From positions 13,071,446 through 13,135,445 of the forward strand of contig NC_057753.1 in assembly GCF_004010195.1 (NCBI RefSeq): 64,000 nucleotides of DNA, given 5' to 3'. Of the stretch, positions 1 to 12,035 are shown in pieces (position 1 is the first letter of the stretch; every line of letters begins with the position of its first letter). The stretch comes from Chiloscyllium plagiosum (Eukaryota). Position numbers and translations under genes: made by a program. The notes beneath the pieces were generated by a model. The model saw only the letters and a program-made list of their open reading frames with translations, did not search any database and was not told where the DNA came from.

Positions 1-200
1 TTTCTCTCTTGCCACTATTTCCATTACTCTGTCTTCGTTCTCTCACAGTCTCTCATTGTCTCTGTTTCTTGTGTTTTCTGTCCCCATCTCTCCATCTCTT
101 TGTCTGTCTCTTTGTCTCTCTCTGTCTGTCTCTTTGTCTCTCTCTGTCCCTCTTGTGCTCTTGCTCTCTCTCTCTCTCTGTTTCACTCTCTTGCTCTCTT
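1..200. repeat. CT/CTGT-rich low-complexity microsatellite
   Basis: Degenerate (CT)n/(CTGT)n tract; it explains the Leu/Ser-rich and Arg/Glu-rich ORFs at 9-261. Confidence 0.9.
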
Positions 201-1539
201 CAATATATGATATCACTGAAAAGGGTAGGTTAAATAAGACCTGCACATGAGTTTCAATCATTTTGATATTAATTTCAGTTTACTTTGAATTGTGATAATT
301 GATGGTTTCATAAGCTTAACTCAAAGATGGTCAGGGGGCCATCTTAAGCCTGCCTTTCTTTCTTCTAATCATTTTGGGCCATGAAACATCCTATGTATTA
401 AAATAAGACATGGTAAGTTTCAAACTGGTCATTAACTTATCACTATTTTAACACCATGAGATCACACGTGCATTGGGGAACAATCCCAGCACATGGCCCA
501 GAGGCTGCTGGCTTAGGATTACTGCTTAATCAACAGCTGGCCTCAACAGAAAAATGGCGATGTTCTCTCGATCATCTGTTTCTCATTGTGCCTGTTTTCC
601 CTCTTTACCTATTTACCATCTGTCACCTTTTCCCTCTTGTTTTTAATCTCTCCACTCTGTTTTGTTTTATTTTACCCTCAGCCCTTTTTTATCCTCTTCC
701 CTTTTCGTGCCTTATCAATTTTCCCCCCTGCCTTAATTTGCAGCCCACTCAATTGTACTTCCCCCGCCAATTTGTGCCCCCAAAATTCTGTAGCTTCCTG
801 TAATATCGATTAAAAAATTTTGGGCATCATGAAAGACACGAAATAAATAATTTGTTTTTATTCACTAAATTGAGGGTATTAGTCTCTTTCAATAAAACAA
901 TTATGTATGTATTCAAATGAAAGGTATCGGATATTAGCGCGAATTCGAGGAACCATTGCCTTAAACTTGCTGTTTAACTGACGTACTTTTGCATTCAGTG
1001 TCGTTATGGAAGTTTTTGTTCATGGTAAGCCCATTTCTGAAGAACTCATTTATGAGAAAATATCAAAGGGTAAGTTTTCAGGAATATTGTTTATGATGAT
1101 TATGTTACATAACTATTACAGAAAAATGAATAACGTTGAAGAAATGGCCAACATATTTCCTTAATTTTCATCCATTAGCGAGTTAACTTGTTCGTTTACC
1201 TCTGTGCATCACATTCAGTAGTTTGCACTTTCTTGCATTTCTCCTTCAATAGTTTTTTTCACCATTCTGTCCCCCTGCAAGCATTATTACTGTACTTCCT
1301 TCTTCGATATTGCGAGCTTGCAAATATATTATTCCTTCATCTCCGGCAGCACATCCAAATGTCTTCACTTCTGACCATTTTTAATTTTTGCTGTTCCATA
1401 TTTTCTATTGTTTCTTGCCCTCATGCCTTCCACACTCGGATTTTAGGAGTCCTGAATTAGTAGCACTGATACTTCAAAATCAGCATAGTGCAGCTCCCAT
1501 TCTACGCAGCGTTTTTGAGGATTCACTATCTGTTTGTGA

Positions 1540-1826
1540 ACTATGCCCGCTTGGTGGAGAGGGAGGTAGCAGTATCACAACTCTTGCAATTCTCACAGTC
1601 CTGGTGTGGATTTTGTAGTCTCCTGTGATTGAAGCGGTGGTAATGTTGTCTTGATCGGCTTTTCTTGTGACCGTCACCAGATGCTGAACTGTCTGATTCG
1701 GGAGCTGTCTGTACCAATGTATGGTCGTACATGTGATACTAATGGAACAGGTCATGGACACAATTCTGACTTTACTTGCAACAATCCGCAAAGGAAGTTG
1801 TTTTACTTCATATTCTCCAGACAGCT
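1540..1826 (-). pseudogene. TCR V-segment pseudogene, probably NAR-TCR supporting Vdelta type (extra Cys in CDR1)
   Basis: A polypyrimidine tract and CACAG acceptor end at 1827. The exon reads ELSGEYEVKQLP..VSMTCSISITCTTIHWYRQLPNQTVQHLV, with Cys23, an extra CDR1 Cys and WYRQ. After a frameshift, DTATSLS replaces DTATYYC. A degenerate RSS follows (nonamer TCAAAAACG at 1518-1510). The V-domain call is strong; the supporting-Vdelta subtype is inferred. Confidence 0.75.
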
Positions 1827-2085
1827 CTGTGGAGAACAGAGTGGTAAAAAGCAAGAGGGTTCCACAAATTTGGAACATAATCCAATACAATAAAGGTCGG
1901 TGAAAGCAGTTGTTCACTGACCGTCTGTCAAAAGCTGTGCAACTCTAAATAATAATTTTATTTATAAGAGGAATTAGGTTGAATAACTCGATCTTCATGT
2001 ATTATTCGGAGCTGCCTTCTTGTTGAACTTACTGTAGAAGTTATTCTTGGTGCTGGTTTCTGTAACAAGCTTTTTACACTGACAA

Positions 2086-2148
2086 CTGTTCTCACTGTCT
2101 GTCAGGTCATTGCACCACCACCTTTCAATTTCAGTATTTATCACAGAT
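2086..2148 (-). pseudogene. Putative decayed J segment (NAR-TCR J-like) upstream of the V exon
   Basis: The minus strand reads ...LKGGG(A)...LT(GACA duplication)VRT, resembling the J motif GxGTxLTV. A heptamer-like ATCTGTG lies at 2148-2142; the nonamer is poor. Confidence 0.35.
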
Positions 2149-2567
2149 TCTCAGTACACTGTAGTAGCATGTGCAAGTAATTACGAGGTGAAAATTCTCA
2201 CCACTGATTGCCGTTCACGAGATACTGCTTAATGAAAACAGGCATAGTCTCCTTCCTAATATAACAATGTGATGTGGCTGTACTCTGCATTTCAACGTCA
2301 CTTCCATTATTGAATTATTTCAGGATGTTTTTCTCCCGGTTGGAACTGTAGCTTTATTCCATAGCGTGACTACACTCCGTTTAATCAGAGAAGGGTCACC
2401 ATACTAATCTTAAATATTGATTTACACGTTAAAATGGTGTGCTTCCTCTGCTTGATTCGATGTGAATATTTATTTCTATTATGTACAACATTCCCACAGG
2501 AAGAACAAAACTGACTGCACATTGCAGTAAATTCTTCCACTGGGGTCTGTGTAAAATCGCTCTCATT

Positions 2568-2626
2568 CTCTCTGCATCTTTCTCTCTTTATCTCTCTCTC
2601 ACACACACACGCACGCGCGCATGCAT
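2568..2626. repeat. (CT)n-(CA)n-(CG)n compound microsatellite
   Basis: tctctctctcacacacacacgcacgcgcgcatgcatatac. Confidence 0.85.
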
Positions 2627-2809
2627 ATACAATTATACAAACACAGAGGTACAAACCTTGTAAAATATTCTTCAAATAGCATTAATGCATTATTTTTATT
2701 GGTGATTATAACAAAGTTGAACCCTGACATTTTTGGAGTACAGATGGGTGTCCAGATAGTTTGGAAACTGAAAGGAAGTAGGGTAAAGCATATATTGGAG
2801 CAAACGTAA

Positions 2810-3440
2810 ACCATAAGGCCCTTTCAGTCTGTTCAACCATTTGATATGGCTGATTTTACGCTCAAACCCAAACTCCTGCCTGCTCCCTGGAACCCTTGAG
2901 ATCCCTGCCAATAAAGAACCTATCTATCTCTGTCTTAAATATACTCAAAGACTTGGCCTCCACATCATCCTGTAGGATTTGATTAAACAGATTCACCACC
3001 CTTTGCCTGAACAAATTCCTCTTGAGTACAGTTCTAAAGGGTCACCTTTCTCTCTCAGGCTCTGCCCTCGCATCCCAGTCTCTCCAAAAGGTTGGAACAT
3101 TTTTTCAAGGTCCACTCCATTCAGGACTCTCGGTATTCTGTAAATTTCAATAAGAGCCCTCTTATTGTTCTTAAATCCTTTGAGTGGAGATTCAGAGTCC
3201 TAACCCGTTCCTCATATGACAAGCTCTTCATCACCTGAATCATTATTGTAATCCTCCTCTGGATCCCCTCCAAAGACAACACATCCTTTCACAGAGGCGG
3301 GGCACTAAAATATTAGCAATATTCAAAATTCGGTCTTACCACAGCCTTACGGAGTGGAAGGAATGCCGTACTCCTTTTGCATTACAACTCTCTAGAAATG
3401 AATGCTAACTTTACATTTGTTTACCTAATTGCCAACGCTT
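2810..3440 (-). mobile_element. CR1-type LINE 3' fragment
   Basis: Reverse complement of a CR1 RT C-terminus and 3'UTR (ggccctttcagtctgttcaacc...cagattcaccaccctttgcctga). Confidence 0.7.
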
Positions 3441-3559
3441 ATAATTGCTAAGCCAAATATATGTGTTTCTGTGTGCATGCATCCCTGTGTGTTTTGTATC
3501 TGTGTATTTCTATGTGTGCATCAATGTCCTTGTCTCCACTGCTCGCTGTGGTGACACTT

Positions 3560-3877
3560 TTGGTCTGGCAGGACCTGCTGATCTCTCTTCTCCAGGTACA
3601 TTCACATGTTGGAGACAGCTCAATCATACTGACCACCTCTGTAATTCTCAAAGTTACCTGTGTGGGTTGATGTTTATGCTAGTTGAATGGTGATGTACGC
3701 TGCTATGCTTCCTGTGATGCAATCCCTGATGGTTTTCACCCTTGGTTTAGGCAGTGATTTAGAACCGCCAGAAGAGAGTGGATTGTACAATTTGGAACAC
3801 ATCAAAATTCATTCAACTGCACGCACCTCTGCCGACCACACCCCCATCTGTTAAAATGTTGTCTATTGTACTGAGAA
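3560..3877 (-). pseudogene. Highly degenerate V-set Ig-domain exon relic (non-rearranging type)
   Basis: Acceptor ttttgtctacag, then across frameshifts GVVGR..VQL..LFWRF..VTLRITEVVS.D*AV..CE/VNVPGEE; no RSS found. Confidence 0.3.
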
Positions 3878-4107
3878 CTGTAGACAAAAACACAGACATA
3901 AATACACGCAGAGGATTAACATTTAAAGAGGTGCACACTTTTTTTTTGTAATGGAGGCCTTGTTGCGAATTCTTGAATGAAGGAGAAAAATCAGAGAAGC
4001 ATTTCGAAAAAAGGTCATCGAGCCCTGAATCAGGATCATTTCCACAATATTGACTACCAGACTCGAATGGACTTGCTGAAATCAGCAAAAATAAACCGAC
4101 ATAGATC

Positions 4108-5120
4108 ATAGAAAATTACAGTGCAGTACAGGCCTTTCTGCCCTCGACAGTGCGCCGACGTGTGGAACCAATCTGAAGCCTCTCCAACCTACATTTTTCC
4201 ATTCTCGTATATATGCCTATCCAATTACCATTTAAATGCCCTGAAAGTTGATGAGTCTACTAGTGTTGTAGGCAATATGTTCCCGGTCCCAACTACTCTC
4301 TGAGTAAAGAAATTATCTCTGACATCTGATCTATATCTACCAACACTCTATCGCCAGCCGAGGAAATTGGATCTCACTGACAAACTAAATAATCCTGTGA
4401 TTGTCTTATAAGCCTCCATTAAGTCGCTTCTCAACCATCTTCACCCGAACGAAAACAGCCTCAAGTCCCTCAGTTTGCTCCCAAGTCCTTTCATCCATAC
4501 CAGGCAATTTCGTCGTCAATCCTGTCTGATCCCTTTCCGAAGCTTTCATGTCCTTCCTATTCATGCGGTGACAAGAACTGTAAGGAATACTCCAAATGTG
4601 GCTGCAACAGAGTTTTGTGCAGCTGAAACATGATATCATGGTTCTGAAACTCAATTCCTGTACCAAAAAAAGCTAACACCCCGTATGCCTTCTTAACAAC
4701 CCAATGAACTTGGGTGGAAACTTTCAAGGATCTAGGTACCTGAATACCAAGGTCTTTCTGCTCATCTACACCACGAAGAATCTTATCATTAGCCCATTTC
4801 ATGCGTTCCTGTTACTCCTTTCAAAGTGATACACCTCACACTTCTTTGTAACCTATAACATTCTTCGTCACTATCTACAACTCCACCGATATTAGTATCA
4901 TCCGCAAATTTACTAACCCATCTTTATATGTCTTCATCCAAGTCATTTATATAAATGACAACAGTGGACCCCACTCGTAACTGGACTCCAGGATGAATAT
5001 TTCCCATTAACCACCAACCAATGTCTTCTTTCAGCTAGCCAATTTCTGATCCAAACTGCTAAATCACCCCTACTCACATGCCTCCCTATTTTGTGCAGTA
5101 TCCGACCTTGGGAAACCGAA
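4108..5120 (-). mobile_element. CR1-type LINE 3' fragment (RT C-terminus)
   Basis: ORF 4557-4802 (EQKDLGIQVPRSLKVSTQV..VVKKAYGVLAF..LHKTLLQPHLEYSLQFLSP); KFADD motif near 4900; 3' end near 4108. Confidence 0.9.
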
Positions 5121-5594
5121 TGAAACCTAATATTGTCAGGCTGTCAAACCTGGATTAAACTAAAAGCAGAATCCATCTTCTGCAGTCAGTTCTGAAAATA
5201 CTTATGTGCCACTGAATTGGTGGACTTCGTGAAACCATTCATTGAAAAGCTTGCTGCATATTCTGTGCAACTTACGGCCCGCAAAGCACACCAATAAAAC
5301 TACTTTTGGTGGATGTTGACCTGAGGTTGGTCACCAACTGGTTGGTGTCCCTATCAATAGGAATCATGGACCTGGAATGAGAGTCAAACCGTTCAGGAGA
5401 GATGTCAGGGATCTTTTAGATGCACAACAGGTAGTTAAGCTTTGAAACATACTTCGCAAATGGTAGTTGATCCCAGGTCAGTTGTTAGTGCTAAATTTGA
5501 GTTAGATAAATTGTTTTTCAGTGAATATTTTAAAGGATATGATACAAAGGCTGGTAACTTGAATCGGTCCACACACCAGACACGGTATGCATAA

Positions 5595-6150
5595 GACCAT
5601 AAGACATAAGAGCATAAATGAGGCCATTCAGCCCATTGAATCTGTTCTGAAATTCAATTATGGTTCTTAAGTTTCTCAAACCTTTTCTCCCACTGTCTAC
5701 GTGTAACCCTTAATCCATTTGATATTCAAGAGGTCATGTATCTGTATCTTAAATATACTCAATGAGCTGCATCCACAGCCTACTGCAAGAAAGCAAATTC
5801 TCTGCTCTCTGAGATGTTCTTCTTCTCTCCGTTCAAAGAGGTCTTCCCTTTGCTGTAAGTCCATGCCCTCGGGTTCCAAGTCTCTGTCACCAATGGAAGC
5901 ATCTTCCCAATATCCGGTCTGTCCAGGGCATTCAGTATTGTCTATGCTTCCGTTAGATCCGAATTCATTCTTCTAACCTGCATCCAATACAAAAGCAGAA
6001 TCCTCAAAGTTCCTCATATGTTAAGGCGCACATTCCTGGCACCATTCTCGTAAAGCTTCCCTGAACATACGCCAGGTTCAGTATATAGTTTCTGAGATAA
6101 AGGACTGAAAAATGCGCACGATACCCCAAATGTAATCTGACCAGAGCCTT
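5595..6150 (-). mobile_element. CR1-type LINE 3' fragment
   Basis: Tail cataagaccataagacataaga followed by ggccattcagcccattgaa, with RT-end-like degenerate ORFs. Confidence 0.75.
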
Positions 6151-6283
6151 GTAGAGCATGATGGAATATACTCAGGATGATGAATGGCTGACTCCTGTGG
6201 CTATGTTCCTGTGATAGAGAGTTATACACACTGAGGGACTCGGGATGGGAGAGAATCTGAAAGATTTTATTGTATTTCATGGT

Positions 6284-7171
6284 TTAATGATAGATCAGGG
6301 TAGCGAAAGGGCATACAAACATTTTCTTTACTTCCTCACGAAACTTGTTCTGGGATAGAACAAAGGTGAACACGTTAATGCAGGAACTGAATAAAATAAG
6401 CACAATGCTCACCTCTTGGAGAATATATTGTGGATCATTGAAATTTAGATTGTTGTTCAAGCCCTTACCTATAACCCGCACGTGGTTTTCCACATACGTC
6501 ACCCACAGGAGAAGGAAACTCAGAGAGATAGAAAAAAGCAGGATAATGGATCTCCTATCGTTGGCTATTTCCTTGTCTCCACTGTCCTTGGTGCCACGGA
6601 ACCTCCTGCAGGCTTTGGTGGCTGCTAAGATGTGTCGTTCAGTCAAAACATTGAGTAAAGAAAATGAGGACAAATGGGAGAAAGGGCGTTATGATGCGGT
6701 CTAGCCAGTGGTAGGCCTGCCAAGCAGGCAGGGTGTAGTAGGTGGACTTAATGTCACAGAACCAGGAGACTCCATCCACAACGAATAATGGTTGGCAGAC
6801 GAAGTAGTACAGGAAATGTTTGATACAGCTCAGGACACATACTGTTCCTATGACCAGCGATGCAGTTTTCTCCGTGCATCATCTAGCCTTCAAGCTCTGC
6901 CAGCAGATAGCCACTAAACGGTCGAATGTGAAGGCTGCTGTCAGGCAGACTGAGCCATCCCGGCTTACATAGATCAACACTGCACTGAGCGCACTGGCAG
7001 GGGTGGTAGACAGGACACTGTACCGGAAATAAATGCTGAAAATGCGTTAGAAAATGATGGCCGTGAGGATGACAAGGAAATCAGACACCACGATTGTCAC
7101 CGGGTAGAAGCAAATGTATCGGGAGAGATTGCACTGACCTCGGGATAGGATTATGATCCTGACCAAGCTGG
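6284..7171 (-). pseudogene. GPR139/GPR142-like class A GPCR pseudogene, exon 2
   Basis: Collinear with the intact gene at 24642-25540 (SRYICFY.VTIVVSDFLVI, RDGSVCLTAAFTFDRLVAI, RRSIILLFSISLSFLLLW, SSCINVFTFVLSQNKFREEVKKMF). In-frame stops (e.g. TAA at 7049-7047), a frameshift, and the acceptor mutated to CACTG. Confidence 0.9.
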
Positions 7172-8143
7172 CAGTGACAGACAGAAAGACAAGGAACTGT
7201 AACTGACTCCAGCCAAAACGGAGTCCCATCCAGCTGTTTATGCAATTCTGATCCATCAATTTGCCATCTCTATACTCCGATTATCCCTCAATCAGTGAGA
7301 GCTGTAGGAAATCAAATGCTGCAGAAAATATTTGTTGAGAACAGACTTACTCCAATCAGCACTGCTAACCCCTTCAGATCCGTGTTCTGTGTACCGTGTC
7401 AGCTCCCGTGGTGAACTATCCAATTCAACTCATCTGTAAAATTTCCTCCCCATCCCCTATTCATATCAAGCCTATCAAACTGATATTCACTGACCTACCT
7501 TGGATTTCTATCCTAAAAGCTCTCAGCTGTTTCGAGCTTATTCTTCGAATTTTCAAGTATTCCTATAATCTCACCATTTTCATTCTGTAGCATTCTACTA
7601 ATGTCGGAGAGAGCATCTAAACTAAATTCCGAACTGGATGCACATAAGTGCATTATTCCCGAGGTGTGAACATCATTTTCCAATCAAAAATATTGCATGT
7701 TACAATTCATGAAATAAATGTAGTCATTCATTTTCACATGCAGCTGTCAAAGGTGGTGACACACTTTATCACACTATAATACACTACGAATTGGAACAAT
7801 ACTAACTAGGGTAGATTTTATTTTATAGCATTTTATTAAACGCTAGTGCTCAATAATGCCCATTTTTCATGTTTCAGGCAATGCCATACATTTCACACAT
7901 CAAATGAAAGGTGTATCTCTAAATGTTGAGTACTGCAAATTTGAATAATATATTGTTTTGCCACATAACACAAATATGCTTTGCAAGGTTTATTATCACG
8001 TTATGTGTAATATAGTTTGTCCAAGGTGAAACGTAAGCAGCACTGAATAGCAGAAATGGAAACGAGTCAGATTCTGAAAAGGATGAGACAAAATTACTGG
8101 AGAATCTCAAAACAGTAAATAACTTGATAATATTATGATTCGG

Positions 8144-8213
8144 CAGGGACACCAATAATAGTGAGAATGGGATACACAATGGCAAAGACTGGGCCAATCG
8201 CTGCACTGTGTAT
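8144..8213 (-). pseudogene. GPR139-like GPCR pseudogene, exon 1
   Basis: Encodes IHSAAIGPVFAIVYPILTIIGVP, the same 70-nt length as exon 1 of the intact paralog (MHEPVIAPFFAICYPLLAVIGAL). ATG is changed to ATA and the GT donor is lost. Confidence 0.85.
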
Positions 8214-8719
8214 TGTCTTTTGGAAATAATAGAATTCCTGAGGATCTGTGCCTTTGCTCTGTCACACTTCCAAAGCGTTTCTCATTTACTTCTGCTGACA
8301 GTCTCTAGAGGAACGACTAAATTAGAACGTGAACCTTACTCACACTTCACTGAACAAACAGATGATGTAACAGTCACCTGATTTCTATTTGTAATATTGA
8401 CGAAATAGACGATTGAAGTATTAGTGTGGTTGAACAGCTGATGCTTTACTATTTGATGCCCCCTTTATCCACGAACGAATCCTTTTTTTCAACATCGACT
8501 AGAGCGGCTGATAATAAGCACTGAGCTTAAATACAAGTCCTCCATTATCAAGTCATAGACACGATCCAAATTATTTCCTGCTTTCATGTGTTCAGAGCAG
8601 TTCATTTGTCTTTGCTTAATCCCTTTGTTTTTATTGCTTTCATTTCACCTACGTTTAGGGGGAGTCTTTCATCGTACTGAATTAGCAATCCGCTGTCGCA
8701 GACTAACCCTTGCCTCCTC

Positions 8720-11600
8720 AACAGAGGCAGTATAGTAGTAAGTCAGGAACAGTAAAGGAGCATTCACTTTATTGGGAGTTTTCTACAGGCCCCTCAATCG
8801 CAACAGAGACACTGAGGTGCAGTTAGGAGGCGGATTTTGGAAAGTTGCGCAAGTCACAGGCTTGTTGCCCCGGGTGAATTCAACTTCCCGAATACCGATT
8901 AGTTAGTTCAAATAGTTTGGGTGAAGCAGTTTTCTTTTATCAGCTGTGTCCAGGAAGGTTCCTGCCTCAGCATGTAGATAGACTGACCAGAAGGGATGCC
9001 GTTTTATAATAGATTTGTGCTTGGCAACGAATCATCCCAGCTGAGAGAGCATTTGAGCGATAGTAATCATAGCTCCCTCACCTTTCAAAGCTCATGGAAA
9101 TGTACAGGACCAGAAGTACGGGGAAGTATTTAGTTGGGGAAGGGGAGATTAGAATGTTATTCAGCAGGAACTAGGTCGCCTAAATTTGGAACAGATGTTC
9201 TCAGAGAAACGCATGACAGAAATGGAGAGATTGTTAATGGTGCAATTGCTGATAGCTATTGACAGGTTTCTCCCAAGCAAGCAAAGAAGGAGTGACAAGT
9301 TGGAAGAACCTTGCGTGACGAAGGATGTGCAACATCTAGCCATGAAGAAGAAGAAAGCTAATTTACTGTTGAGGAGGCAAGGATCAGACAGGGCTCGAGA
9401 AGGTTGTAAGTTAGTCAGGAAGGAATTGAACAATGAACTGAGGAGAGCTAGAAGAGGGCATGGAAAAGCTTTCGCAGATAGGATTAAGGAAAACACAAAG
9501 GCATTTGACGATTTTGCGAGGAACATGATGATGACCAGTGTGAGGGTAGGGCCGATCAGGGATAGTGAGGGTTGGGGAACTGTGCCTGGAGTCGGAGGAG
9601 GTAGAGAAGGTACTTTATAAGAGTACTTTGCCTCAGAGTCACTACCGGAAGGAACGTTGATGTTTCTGAGGACGGCGTGAAACAAACTGATATGAGCGAA
9701 CATGTTGGTGTTAAGACAGAAGATGTGCTAAGATTTTGAAATTCATGAGGATGGATAAGTCCCCTGGGCCAGAAAGGATATACTCTATGTTTCTACAGGA
9801 AACGAGGGAAAAGATTTCTGTACCTTTGCTGATGATCTTTGCACCCTTAGTGTACAATGGAGTAATTCTCAATAATTGGAGGGTGGCAAATATTGTTCTC
9901 TTCAAGAAACGGAATTAGGATAATCGTGAGAATTTTAGAGCAGTCAGTCACACGTCTGTGGTGGGGAAGACATTGAGAGAAAGGATCCATAATTACATGA
10001 AAAACCAGAATTTGAGTAAAGTTAGTCAGCATGGCCTTATGTGGGGCACGTCATGCTACAAACATTCTTGACTTCTTTTAGCATGTAACAAAGCGTATTG
10101 ATGAATGTAGAGCATTGGATGTGATATACAAGTAATTGAGCAATGCGTTTGATAATGCTTCCCATGGTAGGCTCATTCAGAAAGTAAGGGAGTACAGGGA
10201 AATCCGGATACAGAATTGACTGCCTCATAGAAGACACATTTTGGTTGTACATGGAAGGCTTTGAGGCTCAATTTTGGTGACCAGTGGTGTTCTGCAGGGA
10301 TCGTTTCTGGGATCTCTGCTCTACGTTATCTTTATACTTTCTTTACTCACTCACGGGCTGAGGATGTCACTGGATAATCGACATTTTGTGCCCATACCAG
10401 CGGGCAGTTAAGAGTCAACCAGGTAAGGATGGCAGGTAATATCCTTCCCAGAATGGCATGAGTGGACCAGATGGTGTTTTTTTCCCAACAACCAACAATG
10501 TTTTGCTGACCATCATAGCCTGTTAATTCCAGATGTTTGTTGAATTCAAATTTCACCCTCTGTTGAGGCTAGATTTGAATGCGGATCCCACCAACATTAT
10601 CTGGGTCTCTGGGCTAAGAGTCTCGAGATGACACCACTAGGCCATTAACGCCCCTTCAGTCACTTGGACCAGGAAGTGGAAGGGTGTCCTAGTAAAGTTT
10701 GCAGATTACCCGAGGTTTGGTGCAGTGGTATATATGTGGAGAGCTGTTGTAGTTTGCAACGCGACATTGACAGGATGGAGAACTGGGCTGATAATTGGCA
10801 GTGAATTTCAGCCAGGAAAAGTGTGAAGTGATTCACTTTGGAAGGTCGAATTTGAATGAAAAATACAAGTTTAAAGGCTGGATCCTTGGCAGTGTAGAGG
10901 TAAAGAGGGATGTTGAGGTCCAGGTCCATACATTCTTCAAATTTGCCACACAGGTTAATAGGGCTTTCGAGAACTAGTATGGTGTGTTTGGCTTTCATTA
11001 GCAGGGGGATTCTGTTTAAGAGCCACGAGGTAATGCTGCAGCTAATACAGCACTAGTGAGATCACACTTGGAACATTGTGTTCTGTTCTGATCGCCTCAC
11101 TATAGGAATGATGTAGAAGCTTTAGAGAGGGTGCAGAGGAAACTTACCAGAATTCTGGGTGCACTGGAGGATGTGTCTTACGAAGAAACGTCGAAAGAGC
11201 TGGGACTTTTCTTATTGCAGCGATGAAACATGAGATCTGACTTTGAATGAGGTGTACAAGATGATGAGAGGCATAGATAGAGTGGATGGCCGTTGACCTT
11301 TCCCCAGTCGGTTATGGCTATAACGAGCAGGCATAATTTTAAAGTGATTGGTGGAAAGTTTAGGAGAGATGTCAGATGTAGGTTCTTTAAACAGAGAGTG
11401 TTGGGTGCGTGGAATGCCCTGCCAGCAGTGGTAGTAGAGTCAGATACGTCAGGGACATTTCAGAAACTCTGGGATTGGCTCATGGAAAATACGTTAGACT
11501 GATCTTAGATAAGGATTAAAGTCCGGGACAAACTCGAGGGCCGAACGGCCTGTACTGTGCTGTCCTATTCTATGTTCTATGTTCGATGTTCTATATTCAA
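8720..11600 (+). mobile_element. CR1-type LINE, long degenerate ORF2 (endonuclease + RT) with 3' tail
   Basis: LLGVFYRP endonuclease motif near 8770; MDKSPGPERIY and NWRVANIVLFKK (9736-9918); FSQEKCEVIHFGRSN; FFKQRVLGAWNALP; (TATGTTC)n-like tail at 11565-11600. Confidence 0.92.
10285..10657 (-). mobile_element. SINE inserted into the CR1 RT
   Basis: Interrupts the CR1 RT between ..LLYVIFI and DLDQEVEG..; carries typical shark SINE motifs (gagtcaacc, ccttccc, accagatgg, gaattcaaattt). Confidence 0.65.
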
Positions 11601-11689
11601 TGTAATGCCTTAGAATTCATAACCAACTGTACATGTTATGGAAGGGTAGGCGAGGACCAGCATTTGCGTTGAAGACAAAATTGTCAAGA

Positions 11690-12035
11690 GCAATGGTTCA
11701 GTGATGGGCACTGCTACCTCACAGTGGAGGATCGGGTTCCGCTATTGACTCTAGCCTCGGGCGACTGTCTGTGTAGAGTTTTCACATCCTCCCTGTGTCT
11801 GCCTGAATTTCCTCCTGGTGCACTGATTTTCTCCCACAGTTCGAAAGATATGCAGGTTAGGAGAATTGGCTATGCTAAATTGGCCAGAGCATTCAGGGAT
11901 GTGTAGGTTAGGTGCATTATTCAGGGGCAAATATAGAGTAGGGGGAATGGGTCTCGATTAGTTGTTCTTCGGACTTGTGAACTTGTTGCGCTGAAAAGGC
12001 CTGTTTCCACGCTGTAGGGATTCGATGATTCTATG
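11690..12035 (+). mobile_element. HE1-like tRNA-derived SINE
   Basis: ggttcagtgatgggcactgctacctcacag (A box), gggttcccg (B box), ggcgactgtctgtgtagagtt, and a CR1-like 3' end ggcctgtttccacgctgtagggattc. Confidence 0.8.

Noticed and set aside
1827-1878. Apparent intronless signal peptide MFQICGTLLLFTTLFST fused to the V domain in ORF 1480-1917
   Set aside because: The hydrophobic stretch is the translation of the polypyrimidine tract ending in the CACAG acceptor; better explained as intron.
8204-8210. CACAGTG heptamer in GPCR pseudogene exon 1
   Set aside because: No nonamer at the proper spacing; expected by chance.
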